Below are positions 1 to 27,133 of a DNA stretch of 64,000 nt, one piece after another. Position 1 is the first letter of the stretch; every line of letters begins with the position of its first letter. The position numbers were made by a program, and so were the translations under genes. The notes beneath the pieces were generated by a model. The model ran no database searches. It had not been told where the DNA came from and saw only the letters and a list, made by a program, of their open reading frames with translations. The stretch spans positions 7,311,312 to 7,375,311 of the forward strand of contig CAVNZM010000003.1 of NCBI GenBank assembly GCA_963693365.1. Reading direction: 5' to 3'. This DNA is from Amoebidium appalachense. Its lineage: Eukaryota > Protista > Ichthyosporea.

Positions 1-1154
1 AAAAAGGGGAGGATCGATTCTATGGGGATAGATGGGTCTACAGGCCACACAATAGGTTTCTGAGCGGGGGTCCTATCTTTAAACAGTTCCGAGAAATACT
101 TATCAGAGTCTATGAGGGGGTCTCCAGTGGTATCACCAATAATACGAGCAGGGGGGCCAAATCGATTCATACTAGCAAGCCGGCGCAAGCTTTCCTTTTG
201 AGACAGGGGTTCACCTAGTCTAGCGGGAGTGGTGTTTGGTAACAAGAGAGCATCGGGATATTCCTTCCTACCACCGCCAGCATAATCACCGAGATCTATC
301 AAATCATCAACAATAAAGTTAGTGCATGTATCTAGTACGAGATGTGAATCTGGCCTGGCTTGTGCAGATTCTAATAGGCGCATATATATAGGGTGTTTCG
401 TAGCATAGCATACACATACATCAACTCTACCCCACTGTGACTTAAGCTGGGATAGACGGAGGCGAAAGGTGGGAGGGGGAGGGGGGAGCAGATCAAGGGA
501 GATCTTAGGTAGGAAAAGGATAGGAGAGTGGTCAGATGACCTAGAGAGGTTAGGAGGGAGAGAGAGTTTTGACATGGTTGATGGCCAAAAGGCCACTCCC
601 CAGTCGGTGTTGTGGGCATGGGATATTTGAGGGAACCGCAAAGTGTGACTTTGGACATACCTTGCTAAAGGGATAGCACGCTCCGGGGGCTTAGATGGGT
701 ACCCGACACTCACTTGCAGTGTGTCTGTGTGGTGGAGTCGCGTGTTAAAATCACCTAAAATAACAGTGGACATTGGTAACTGTGACAACTCGTGAGTCAA
801 TTCGACAACCGACATAGATGGTGGGTAATATACAAAAGTAAAAACATTAGAAAGAAACTCTATAGAAACCGAGAATTCCGTTTTTGCTACCGGTTTGCAC
901 TTCACTCTCACGTGTGGTGCGGCAAGTACAATAATGCCTCGGTTTTTCGCGTAACCGGGGTGTGTGGATGTGTCGACCAATGTAGAGTTGAATTTGTGGT
1001 GGTTTTTAAACTGTGTTTCGCAAATCACTGTAAACGTGTGGTTGTTTGTCTGTTGTTGTATGTAGCTGATTTTATCGTCGAGTGTCCCGGGGGGGAGGCC
1101 CTTTTGGGGGCCCAGTGTCCGAGCATTCCAGAAGAAGAAGGATAAATTAGGCAT
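1..1154 (-). CDS. LINE ORF2, N-terminal apurinic-like endonuclease (APE) domain; continues beyond the left window edge (RT not visible)
   Basis: Manual translation from ATG 1154 is open to the edge: MPNLSFFFWNARTLG...VICETQF...FVYYPP...ILGDFNTR...SSDHSPI, the canonical APE motifs (WN, ET, YxP, GDFN, SDH). Absent from the ORF track because there is no stop in the window. Confidence 0.9.
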   Translation of the reverse strand, partial: MPNLSFFFWNARTLGPQKGLPPGTLDDKISYIQQQTNNHTFTVICETQFKNHHKFNSTLVDTSTHPGYAKNRGIIVLAAPHVRVKCKPVAKTEFSVSIEFLSNVFTFVYYPPSMSVVELTHELSQLPMSTVILGDFNTRLHHTDTLQVSVGYPSKPPERAIPLARYVQSHTLRFPQISHAHNTDWGVAFWPSTMSKLSLPPNLSRSSDHSPILFLPKISLDLLPPPPPTFRLRLSQLKSQWGRVDVCVCYATKHPIYMRLLESAQARPDSHLVLDTCTNFIVDDLIDLGDYAGGGRKEYPDALLLPNTTPARLGEPLSQKESLRRLASMNRFGPPARIIGDTTGDPLIDSDKYFSELFKDRTPAQKPIVWPVDPSIPIESILPF

Positions 1155-2331
1155 CGGTTTGGTCCGACACCTGTGGGGTTGGTTCCCACTTGTCGCTTAC
1201 GGGGTCGTATGCACGACCTTCCGCCAGCGCGAACAGTTCGCAGAAGAGCTCGATTTCCATCTCGCATCGGCGTTTGCGCTCGAGCAGTTTCTCACCAGAA
1301 AACATTGGTTCCTTCGTGTCCGTGTCTATCACGCTCGTAGCATCGTTTTCCAACTTTGCGAGGAACTCTTTTGCCTTGCTGATGCGTACACGACAACGTG
1401 TGGCGCACGCATTCTTAGCAGACACTTTACGTTCTTTGTCTGCTTTCTGAATGTTTTCCGGCGCGCATGGGTCGTAGCTTGGGAGGTGGGTGAAGAAGCT
1501 TCCACACCCCTTTGTCGCGTCACGGATGAACGCACGGTTATAGTCGCCCCGTACTGCTACTTCCAGCACATCGTATCCAATGAAGGACAGACAAAGGATG
1601 CGAGAGCACCGGAAGCCGAGAGCCTTGAAGATGGACCACATGGCCCTGTGTGGGCGTCTGCCGTGCTTGACTTTGAAATACACCCTCTCGTATTTGGGTG
1701 GGATGTTCATGTTACCGTTTGCTTGGGTGTTCCCCTTAGCCGGCGGTTTGGGAGGGGAGTTGCGGCGGTACTCGTTGCCTGCAAGAATGCTGGCATATGT
1801 TTCCTTGGCAATTTGGCGGAGCTCGGGTGTTTTACGAGAGTTCGCATATTCTAGGAACTCTGCCGGGAGCTGTGCTTCCGGTCCTGTGTTGTTTTGTGTT
1901 GGGGTGGAAATGTCTCCGTCGCGAGATGTTTGCTCATGAGTTTTGGGGTTTTGCGATCCACTAATGTTTAGCTGGGCTGTGAGTGAATCAATGGTGAGCT
2001 TGAGTTGGGTATTTTCTGTTTGGAGTTTTTCTATCATGTTCTTGAGTGGTAACAGCTCATTTAGCTGTTTCTTAACGAGGGCAAGTTCTGCCAGTACTGT
2101 ATCAACCGAAAGTTTCGGCATGGTTGTTATTGTGTTTCTACGGAGTGGTGTGGTGTTATTCTGAATGGGTAGTGTATTGTAAATAGGTGTTGCGCTTAGT
2201 CTAAGGCGATGTTTTTCTGGTTGTGCATCTGTGGTAGGTGTATCTGCTGGACGTTTTAATGGTCGCACATGTGTGATTGGTGTAGATGGAACTTTGAAAG
2301 AGGTTCTGAAACGATTATAGGCATGTGCCAT
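1147..2331 (-). CDS. LINE ORF1 protein (coiled coil plus RRM-like region), 394 aa
   Basis: Intronless ORF directly upstream of the APE ORF. Heptad coiled coil (LAELALVKKQLNEL...IEKLQTENTQLKLTIDSL), TYASI motif, and an RILCLSF..DY..YDP block typical of non-LTR ORF1s. Confidence 0.8.
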   Translation of the reverse strand: MAHAYNRFRTSFKVPSTPITHVRPLKRPADTPTTDAQPEKHRLRLSATPIYNTLPIQNNTTPLRRNTITTMPKLSVDTVLAELALVKKQLNELLPLKNMIEKLQTENTQLKLTIDSLTAQLNISGSQNPKTHEQTSRDGDISTPTQNNTGPEAQLPAEFLEYANSRKTPELRQIAKETYASILAGNEYRRNSPPKPPAKGNTQANGNMNIPPKYERVYFKVKHGRRPHRAMWSIFKALGFRCSRILCLSFIGYDVLEVAVRGDYNRAFIRDATKGCGSFFTHLPSYDPCAPENIQKADKERKVSAKNACATRCRVRISKAKEFLAKLENDATSVIDTDTKEPMFSGEKLLERKRRCEMEIELFCELFALAEGRAYDPVSDKWEPTPQVSDQTDA

Positions 2332-3476
2332 GACATGGATGGGGGTGTTCCCCGGCCCTTAGGGCCACGGATGGCCTGGTTTAGGGGTGGATGCGCGAAG
2401 GATACTATTTATTAGCAGATAATAAAGAGCGACATTTGAATCGATGTGTGCGACTGAATCGATGCGTGTACACAATCACGGTGATGAACAGTGAGCAGCC
2501 AATGGCCCCACATGCACAACAATTTATTACCATTTTCAATCAAAGGTGCATTCTATGTGTATGTATACGTACACATGCATGTGCGCTTTAAACTCGTGCA
2601 TAAACGTCCGAGCACGTGCACAATCACATGTACATGCTCTTCAACTCGAGGCTCACCGTGCAAACTTGTGAGCGAATTTGTTTGGTGCCAATGCATGGCA
2701 ACTGAAATGTATGGAGCCGGACTCACTAGACGTCGGCGAACTTCGATCCCTGGCTCTGATGAACAAACCTAATATCCAAAAAAAAAACAAAAAAAAAAAC
2801 AATAACAAACATAACAAACTTTCGTTTCCAACCTGCATCATAAGAAACCAAGCACGTGCACAATGTTTCTGCTTCACAATCTCCGTGATGTTACGACAAC
2901 TAACTGATTCAGAACTATTCACAAAAAATTCGTTGTTATTCTAGTAAAAGACACTATGGCAACTAAAATTACTATAGCTATATGCTACACGTGCACACAC
3001 ATAACACCACCATCACAAACCACTTGGGATACTTACCCGGGCCCGTATGCGAGTTTAATTTTTTTGGCTCTTTTGTTATTATCACTCACTCCAGTACACA
3101 AACTTGAATCCGTGCTGAGACTGTAAATTTGCGACAATTATTAGGATTTTAATTCATTCGGTGTTAGGTACGAACACGTCATGCGTGTTAAGCAACACAT
3201 ACTAGTCACCACACAGTGGCTCTGCAACAGTAAGATCCATTCGTAATACGAGGTTGTACTATTAAATAAGACTTAGCATCATGATACATATGCAAGTAAC
3301 TATATATTTCAAGAGCTTAGGGTAGTAATTTCGTGTTTGTGCTCAATATCCCAATAGTTAAATCAGTATTGCCTTGAAGGGAAACAGAAAGAAAGAGCCT
3401 CGAATAAAAAGAGAGAGAAGGAGGTTAGAGAGAAAGGGAGGAAGAGGGGGTGCCCGTGGAAGGAAGGGGAGGGGAG

Positions 3477-3521
<45 letters not shown>

Positions 3522-3554
3522 AGAGAGAGAGAAATAGAGCGAGAGAGAGAGAGA

Positions 3555-3632
<78 letters not shown>

Positions 3633-3945
3633 GAGAGAGAGAGAATGTGTGTGTGTGTGTGCACACGTGCATGTGCATTTGTGTGTGTGTGTGTGGGGAA
3701 GGGGGGGGGGGGGGGGTAGTGAGGAGTCTCCCAGGAAGGAGAGAAACGGGAATCTTGAAGAAGAAAGAGGGTAGAGGGGGACGGGGGAGGGGGAAGCGAG
3801 GTGAACGCGCAACACTCTTGCTTGGATGCAAGACCCTACATCACACGTGTAGGCCAACAGCCACGTGCACCCCACCACCATCTACCCACCCTCCCTGCCT
3901 GTGGCGTGCACGTGCTGGCATGTGTGTGCACGTGCAAAACACGTG

Positions 3946-13452
<9,507 letters not shown>

Positions 13453-14174
13453 GTTGTGGCTGAAAGGGCGGGCAGTAAGGGGGGGGCGGGGGAGGGAGGG
13501 AGGGGCAGGGGGAGGGGGGGGGGGGGCTGTTAATGAAGGTGAAGGTGGGTGGTTGGTTGGTTGCTGAATGGTACAAGAACACAACACTGAGAAAGCCAAG
13601 AGCGAACTTAAAAGCTGACAGGCAAGGTGGCACCGTGCATGCGTGTTGGTTGTGTGAGTGAAACTGAAGCCGTGAAACAAACACAAAAAAGCACAAAAAG
13701 GTGCCCTCTAGGCCTGAGATGGCCGCGATAAGAAAAAACTGCCCCGCTGTTTGGATTGGAGGAGAGCGCACCGTGGCTCATGACTGCACACAACACATAC
13801 TGCTTGAACAGAGCGTTTTGCACGAAGCCGGGGAAACGTTTCAAGAGAATATTTTGCAACACATTTGCCCCATTGCCCCATGATGTGAAGTTGGTTCACT
13901 GGTGAAATATTCTGTCAACATAGAAATAAAAGTTTAGAGGCACTTCTGTTGATGTCACGATTCAGGTGCAACCTTTGGCCACCGGATCCCCAAACATGTG
14001 ATTCTGGCACAGGTGCTGACCGGACCCCTTTCCAGTTTTTTTTTTTTCTTCGCTCGCTGGTGGGTGTGTACACACATTACAAGAGAGAGACAGGTCAAAC
14101 CAGTGATTTACTGACTATATCCACCCATTCAAGTTACAGAAAACATTACAAAGTGCTTTTCCCTCTGTGAAGCC
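13453..14174. promoter_or_regulatory. Probable bidirectional promoter/5' UTR region between head-to-head genes
   Basis: About 720 bp between divergent ATGs (13452 minus, 14175 plus); inferred from geometry only. Confidence 0.45.
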
Positions 14175-20565
<6,391 letters not shown>

Positions 20566-20924
20566 GGCAATAAGTTACACAGAAGATGGCTCGGGGGTTT
20601 TATGTATTTTTTTCCTCCTTGTTGCAGGTGCAGTCTGCATGTGGCATTATGCACATGCAAGAGGCTGCAAGAATACCATGATATAGGTGAAAATACACCT
20701 ACAGGTAAACATACCAGGTAAACATACATAAGCAATATGTGTGCTAATTAACAGACATATTCGTGTGCCCACAGTGCGAGTACAATCATACAATAAGGTA
20801 CATTATCCAAATATGGACGGTCATCCTTCCATATGCTGTACTGTGTGCATGCCTGATGTATTACAGACGAGTGTATCAACTGGAACCGGCTAAGTGCAAT
20901 ACTCTCCGCCTGACTCTGACGGCA

Positions 20925-21075
20925 TACATATGTGCATGTCGACAAAGGAATACTAGCACTAAGTATATAAGAGCCCGGCCTATGTGCATGTCGACAAAGA
21001 AAACTATAAAAGAGCCCTGCCTATGTGCATGTCGACAAAGGAAAACTTAGCACTAAGTAAATAAGAGCCCGGCCG
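20925..21075. repeat. Degenerate tandem repeat, about 3 copies, downstream of the Nudix gene
   Basis: TATGTGCATGTCGACAAAG and AAGAGCCC blocks recur three times. Confidence 0.8.
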
Positions 21076-21634
21076 TGTATTGGTCTCATGTGACCCTTCT
21101 GGTCCAGAAATACCAGATAGTAGCCTCTCAATGCATACCAAACAACATACACTTCTTAAATGCATGTGCATGCACACCTACACTAAGCACGTGCGAACTG
21201 TACAAGATCTGTGCACCTCAGGTGTGTGCAAATGGCTTTGTGTCTACTCTATCGCATACTTTCGCTCTTTCGATTTCTACTCACTCAACCAAACAAACAT
21301 CGGGTGACAGAACCAAACCAAACCAAACGAAACCATATACCACACCTTCGAACTTACTGCCAAACAAGCAAAAAACAACCGAACATTGTTCAACCAGAAA
21401 ACAAAACAAAACCCTAACAAACGGCCAACGAAACCAAGCACCACCAATACAGCATCACACACCAGTCCTATGCTACTAAGTGCAATGCAAGTACTCCACC
21501 CCCAGCAACCGATGACCCGCTCTGTGTTACCAAAGTCCCACAGTTTTGCTCACTCTTGGTTGTCTGGATGCAGGTGTCGGTAGTGGTAGTGGCGGATGGT
21601 GGTGGTGTGTGTGCGGGTGGGGATGGGGGTGCGG

Positions 21635-21725
<91 letters not shown>

Positions 21726-22181
21726 TGGGAGAGGGGAGGGGGGGATGGAATGGGATGTGGTTGGTAGGGTGGGGTGGGACGGCGGGGGGGGGGGGGGGGG
21801 GGTAGAATGAGGTTTAAATACTCAACAACTAAACGACCATGCAAACCCCAAAACCCAACGAATAATCCTCCAAATCAATCAGAGGGGGAAAGGGGGAGGG
21901 GGGGGGGGGGGGGGGGGCTAATAAATGAGAGTAGAGAGTCTGCAAGGCTAAGAGAGTACTAGTACACAAAAGGCAAGGAATGTTCCTGAGACAAATAGCC
22001 TCTCCGGGTAGTAGTAAGGTGGGGTGGGGGGGGGGGGGGGGGGGGGGGGGGGGAGGGGGAGGGGGGGGAGGGGGGGGGGAGGGGGGGGGGAGGGGGGGAG
22101 GGGGGCAGCATGTAAACGATTCATCGCTGAGATTTATGCATGTGCCTGTGCTCATGCGCGCATGTGTGTGTGTGTGTGTGC

Positions 22182-22232
<51 letters not shown>

Positions 22233-22391
22233 CACGTTTGTATGTGTATGTGTGTGGGCATGCGTGTGCTCGCGCACGCCTGCGTGTCTGTGTGTGAGTG
22301 TGTGTGTGCGCGCCCTGCCAACATTGAAAATCATCATCAGACTTTAATTGCCAATATATGGTCCGATGCATACAATTACTGCAAATCAGTT

Positions 22392-22649
22392 ACACAGAAC
22401 CTCATTCTCAAAGACCCATAGAGCCATTGACTCGTCAAAGGTGTGATATGTCTCTAACCACCCCACAGACTTCAATTGGGAGCTTATGTGGTGTAAAATT
22501 TTCTGCTAGCACTTGAGGCTGAGGGAAGGGGCAGCGATCAGGAGTTGAGAAGAGATATATTTTTTCTTCATTTACTATGCACACATACTGCACTTATCCT
22601 ATATACAAAGTTTCATGTGTATATGTGAACACACATATGTATATGTATG

Positions 22650-22685
<36 letters not shown>

Positions 22686-22891
22686 TAAACATTTATGTTT
22701 TGTTTTTTTTGTTTTGTTTTTTTTTTTTTTTTTGGGGGGGGGGGGGGGGGGGTACCTTGATCGAGCGTGTTATCATTCCACTTGGGTCTTAGGTTACCCC
22801 GCAGAATATTCCTACTTTCCAAAGACATCAGGACATCTGTGTCCATACCGTCAAGTTCTATCTCCACATTGTACAGATCAACATATCTTCG
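22392..22891 (-). CDS. Candidate exons of an unidentified gene
   Basis: cag|..[45 protein letters not shown]|gtaccc joins in phase to [22 protein letters not shown]. No recognisable family. Confidence 0.3.
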
Positions 22892-22936
22892 CCTGTGGCA
22901 ATCGGATAGCGGGGTGATTATGTCGATCGCAACATC

Positions 22937-22968
<32 letters not shown>

Positions 22969-23566
22969 TTCGAGGCTACCCTCCTCCCCGGGGCCCTCTT
23001 CTTCTTCTTCTTCTTTTTTTTTTCTCCCTTCCTTTATCTCCTACATGCCGCAGAGAGCTGTTTCTGTAGATCAAGTTCGAAGGCGGGAGTGGGTGGGTGG
23101 ATGGTACATCACGGTGGATGCCATGACTGGTGCGCGTGTTTGTGTGTGAGCGAACACAAAGATGGAGTGGGTTGTCTGTGTGTGCGTGCAGGTGTTTGTG
23201 TGTGCGTGTTTGTGTGTGTATGTGTGTGAGTGGGAAGGGGGGGGGGGGGGGGGGGGGGGAGGGGGGAGGGGAGGGCAGGGAACTGGGCCCCGGGGGTGGA
23301 GGATGTCAGGTAAAGTACGCGTCAACGATGTAAAAAAGAAAGAAAAAATTCTGGATTCTTTTTCTGTACGAATCATGCCGTATCGGAAATAATATTATAC
23401 TCATACCTGTACTGCTAAGTTGTGGCACGGGGGGCTGGCAGAAGGAGAGAGCAATCTATATAAAGTAACATTGAACTATTAGCAATATAACATGAATCAT
23501 GATATGCACACTCGTTCGAACTGTTACATGCCCCGGACGTGTGTGTGTGTGTGTGCGTCGGTCTGT

Positions 23567-23597
<31 letters not shown>

Positions 23598-23726
23598 GGG
23601 GGGGGGGGGTCACGTGTGTGTGTGTGTCTGTTCAGATGTGTGTGTGTGTGAGGGGGGGGGGGGGGGGGGGGGTGCGCGCGTGCACGTTCAAATGGGGGGG
23701 TAAAGGGGGGAGAATTCGGGGAAGAA

Positions 23727-23759
<33 letters not shown>

Positions 23760-24999
23760 CTGTTTGTGGTGCTTATGTGTGTAAATCCCATCATAAATAT
23801 TTTAACTCTTTCTGTGCTTTTTTTTGGGCCGGAGGGAGGGGGAGGGTGGGTGGGGGGGGTGGGGGGAGGGAGGGGGTGGGGATGGGGGGAGGTGGGGGGG
23901 GGGGGGGGGCAATGAACTGAATAATCTGTCTAAAGTAACGGTACGGGAGCGGGGGGACGGGGGTCTATATTTTATATGAGCAGTGTCCCTAATATAATAC
24001 CATGCTATGTAAGCCAAATTTTTAGTTGTTTCTTGTATGGTCATGCAAATACAAGTGAGGGGGTAAAAATGGGAGGAGGCGTAGGCCAGAAAACAACTTT
24101 TAAGGATTCAAGACTTGGAACGCCACAACACTCCTGCAAGAACGAACACCGATGGGGGGCTTGGAAGATTGGTTTGGAAATCAAGGCCGCCGGCTGGGGC
24201 CCAACATAGCAAATCGGGAACTTGTGGGAGGCCGGAGGAGGAGGAGGAGGTCCTGGAGGGAGGGGGCCGGGGGGAGGGGGGGGGGGGGGGCTGGTCCAGC
24301 TGCGCGCAATGTGCATGCACATGCACATGCATTGCGTGGCATGATTGCACTCCATAACAAAGATCAAGCAAACCATGCCCGTGCGGGGAGAAGGGGCCTG
24401 GGGGCCGGGCGGGCGGGCGGGGGTGGGGGCGGGGGAGGGGGGATCGAGATCTTGGACGTGCACATGCAAAATGAAGATAATCATTGTTTGTGTTCGTGTG
24501 TCATGTGTATGCATGCGCGTGTACGTATGTGTGCGTGTGCATATGTGTACAATGTGTGTTTCATTGGCATCTTGTACTCCATACACCAATGCCCAGTTTA
24601 TTGCCCACTGCTTCCCCCTACGCCTTTGAAGTGTTTCTTATACACAAGCCACATCCACATCCACACTCATAGTTACCTTAAATTAACACATGCCTGGTAA
24701 CTCTAGACGCAAGGCACGTGCGCTCAGATAAGATTCCAAATAGACATAACTCAGGGAATAAATATGTGTAAGAATGCCATCACACGGATAATCGTGCATT
24801 CCATCAATGCCCCACAATTACGATTAGTAGATTAACGCTCGAATATTGTGTCTTATTCCTCACACGACAACAGTACCAACCACCTAGGCAAAGGTCATTG
24901 ACCGAACGAAAAGGGAAGTACATTGTAGTAAGATCAAGATTTTCGAAGTGTACGAGCCAATCAAGAGTGTCACACTGGAGTGCATTAGCCTCGATTAGA

Positions 25000-25460
25000 A
25001 ATCGGTGTATAAAATTGCATGGGTGTGCGTCTGCGCCTGCGTCTGCGCCTGCGGGTGTGTGTGTGCACGTGTGTGTGTTTGTGTGCGTGCACGTGTGTGT
25101 GTTTGTGTGCGTGCACGTGTGTGTGTGTGTGCACGTGTGTGTGTTTGTGTGCGTGCACGTGTGTGCGTTTGTGTGTGTGTGTTTGTGTGTGTGCACGTGT
25201 GTGTGTTTGTGTGTGTGTGTGTGCACGTGTGTGTTTGTGTGCGTGCACGTGTGTGCGTTTGTGCGTGTGTGCACGTGTGTGTGTTTGTGTGCATGCACGT
25301 GTGTGCGTTTGTGTGTGTGTGTGTGCACGTGTGTGTGTTTGTGTGCGTGCACGTGCACACACACACGTCGGTGTATAAAATTGCATGTGTGCGCCTGCGC
25401 CTGCGCCTGCGTGTGTGCACGTGTGTGTGTTTGTGTGCGTGCACGTGCACGCACACGTGT
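25000..25460. repeat. GTGCACGTGTGTGTGTTT-type degenerate minisatellite bounded by a duplicated TCGGTGTATAAAATTGCATG block
   Basis: Directly visible. Confidence 0.8.
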
Positions 25461-25650
25461 GTGTGTGTGTGAATGTGTGCATGTGTTCGTGTATATATGC
25501 ATGCGTGCGTGTGCGAATGTGTGTACACGAGGGCACAGACAAACATGTACAGCATAGTCGACTGCTGCATAAAAGCAAACAAATCACATTCCAGATCACA
25601 TCCCAGGAATATACATCATAGGCCCACCCCGAATCGTAACATTGACCCGA

Positions 25651-25701
<51 letters not shown>

Positions 25702-26324
25702 AAAATAAGAATAAAAACAAATATAATAAATAGCAATAAACATTAAACATTAAACATAAAAAAAAAAAGCAAACCACAGGAACACAACACAACCAACACC
25801 TATTCCCATGCTACGATCATGCGCATGCCTGCATGGGCGCACCTGGCCTCCACTGCCCCAGCTCCAACTGCCGACGGCCAAACCCCCATATGCACCCTGC
25901 AACATATTGGTTGGGTGAGTGGGGGGGAGGATGGTACATAGGCAACACAAACTAAAACACGTGTGTAACTTACACTGCAAGTGCATGAGGGAGGGAGGGA
26001 GGGAGGGAGGGAGTGAGGGAGGGAGGGGGGGGGGGGGGGGGGGGGGGGGGAGGGGAGGGAGGGGGAGGGGGGGGGGGGAGGGGAGGGGGGAGAGGGGGGG
26101 AGGGAGGGAGGGAGGGGGGGAGGGGGGAGGGGGGAGGAGAGAGAGAGACATAGTAAGAGAAAGGGAGAACTTGGGGAGGGGAAGGGGAGAGAACGCGGGA
26201 GAATGGCATCTGTGTGTGCCAACCTGTCTGCAGTGGTGGTGGTGCATGTGTGGGCATGTGTGTGACAGAGGGAAGAGGGGGAGAGGAGGAGGAAGGGAAG
26301 AGAATGGAGATGGGGGAAAGAGGG

Positions 26325-26435
26325 AGGAGGAGGAGGAGGATGAGGAGGATGAGGAGGATGAGGAGGATGAGGAGGATGAGGAGGATGAGGAGGATGAGGA
26401 GGATGAGGAGGATGAGGAGGATGAGGAGGATGAGG
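26325..26435. repeat. (GAGGAGGAT)n 9-bp tandem repeat
   Basis: Directly visible, about 11 units. Confidence 0.9.
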
Positions 26436-26564
26436 GGGCGAAGGGGGGGGGGGGAGGAGGAGGGGTTGGGGAGGGAGGGGGAGGGTTAGACGCATTAGCA
26501 GGATGGAGCCACGGAATCAACAAAAGAGAAACTACGAAGCAAACACAAAACTGACGTGTGCCAC

Positions 26565-26661
<97 letters not shown>

Positions 26662-26796
26662 AGGGGGGCTTAAATGGGTCACACGGTACGGGGTACATAT
26701 TCATAACAAAAACCACAATGCAGATCGCAAAGCACACATCAAAAGTGTGCATCATATGAAAGGTCTATCCTGAAAAAGGGCCCCGGAGGTGGGGGT

Positions 26797-26867
<71 letters not shown>

Positions 26868-27133
26868 GCGTGTGCGTGTGTGTGTTTTTTGGGGGGTTGT
26901 TGACCCATCCATCTGGTATACAAAAGGGGGCTTTGAGGGGGATGGGTGTGCAGGATGTAGCACACGGTGCCAAGTGCAACGTATATGCAATGAGAGACAT
27001 GGTTTGCAGGACACATGCAACATTATACATTCAAGTATGCAACACCAGCAGGGCCCAACCGATCAGGGGGTGCCCAGTCATGGCAGTCATGGGGAGGGGA
27101 GAGGGGAGCCGGGGGAGAGGGGATTGTCACCTA

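Larger units (their letters stand above)
1..2400 (-). mobile_element. Non-LTR retrotransposon (APE-type LINE), 5' portion
   Basis: ORF1 plus overlapping APE-ORF2, no introns, no microsatellites, unlike the host DNA. The 5' boundary is approximate. Confidence 0.85.

Noticed and set aside
1159-1854. 231-aa plus-strand ORF
   Set aside because: Antisense shadow of LINE ORF1 with no recognisable motifs.
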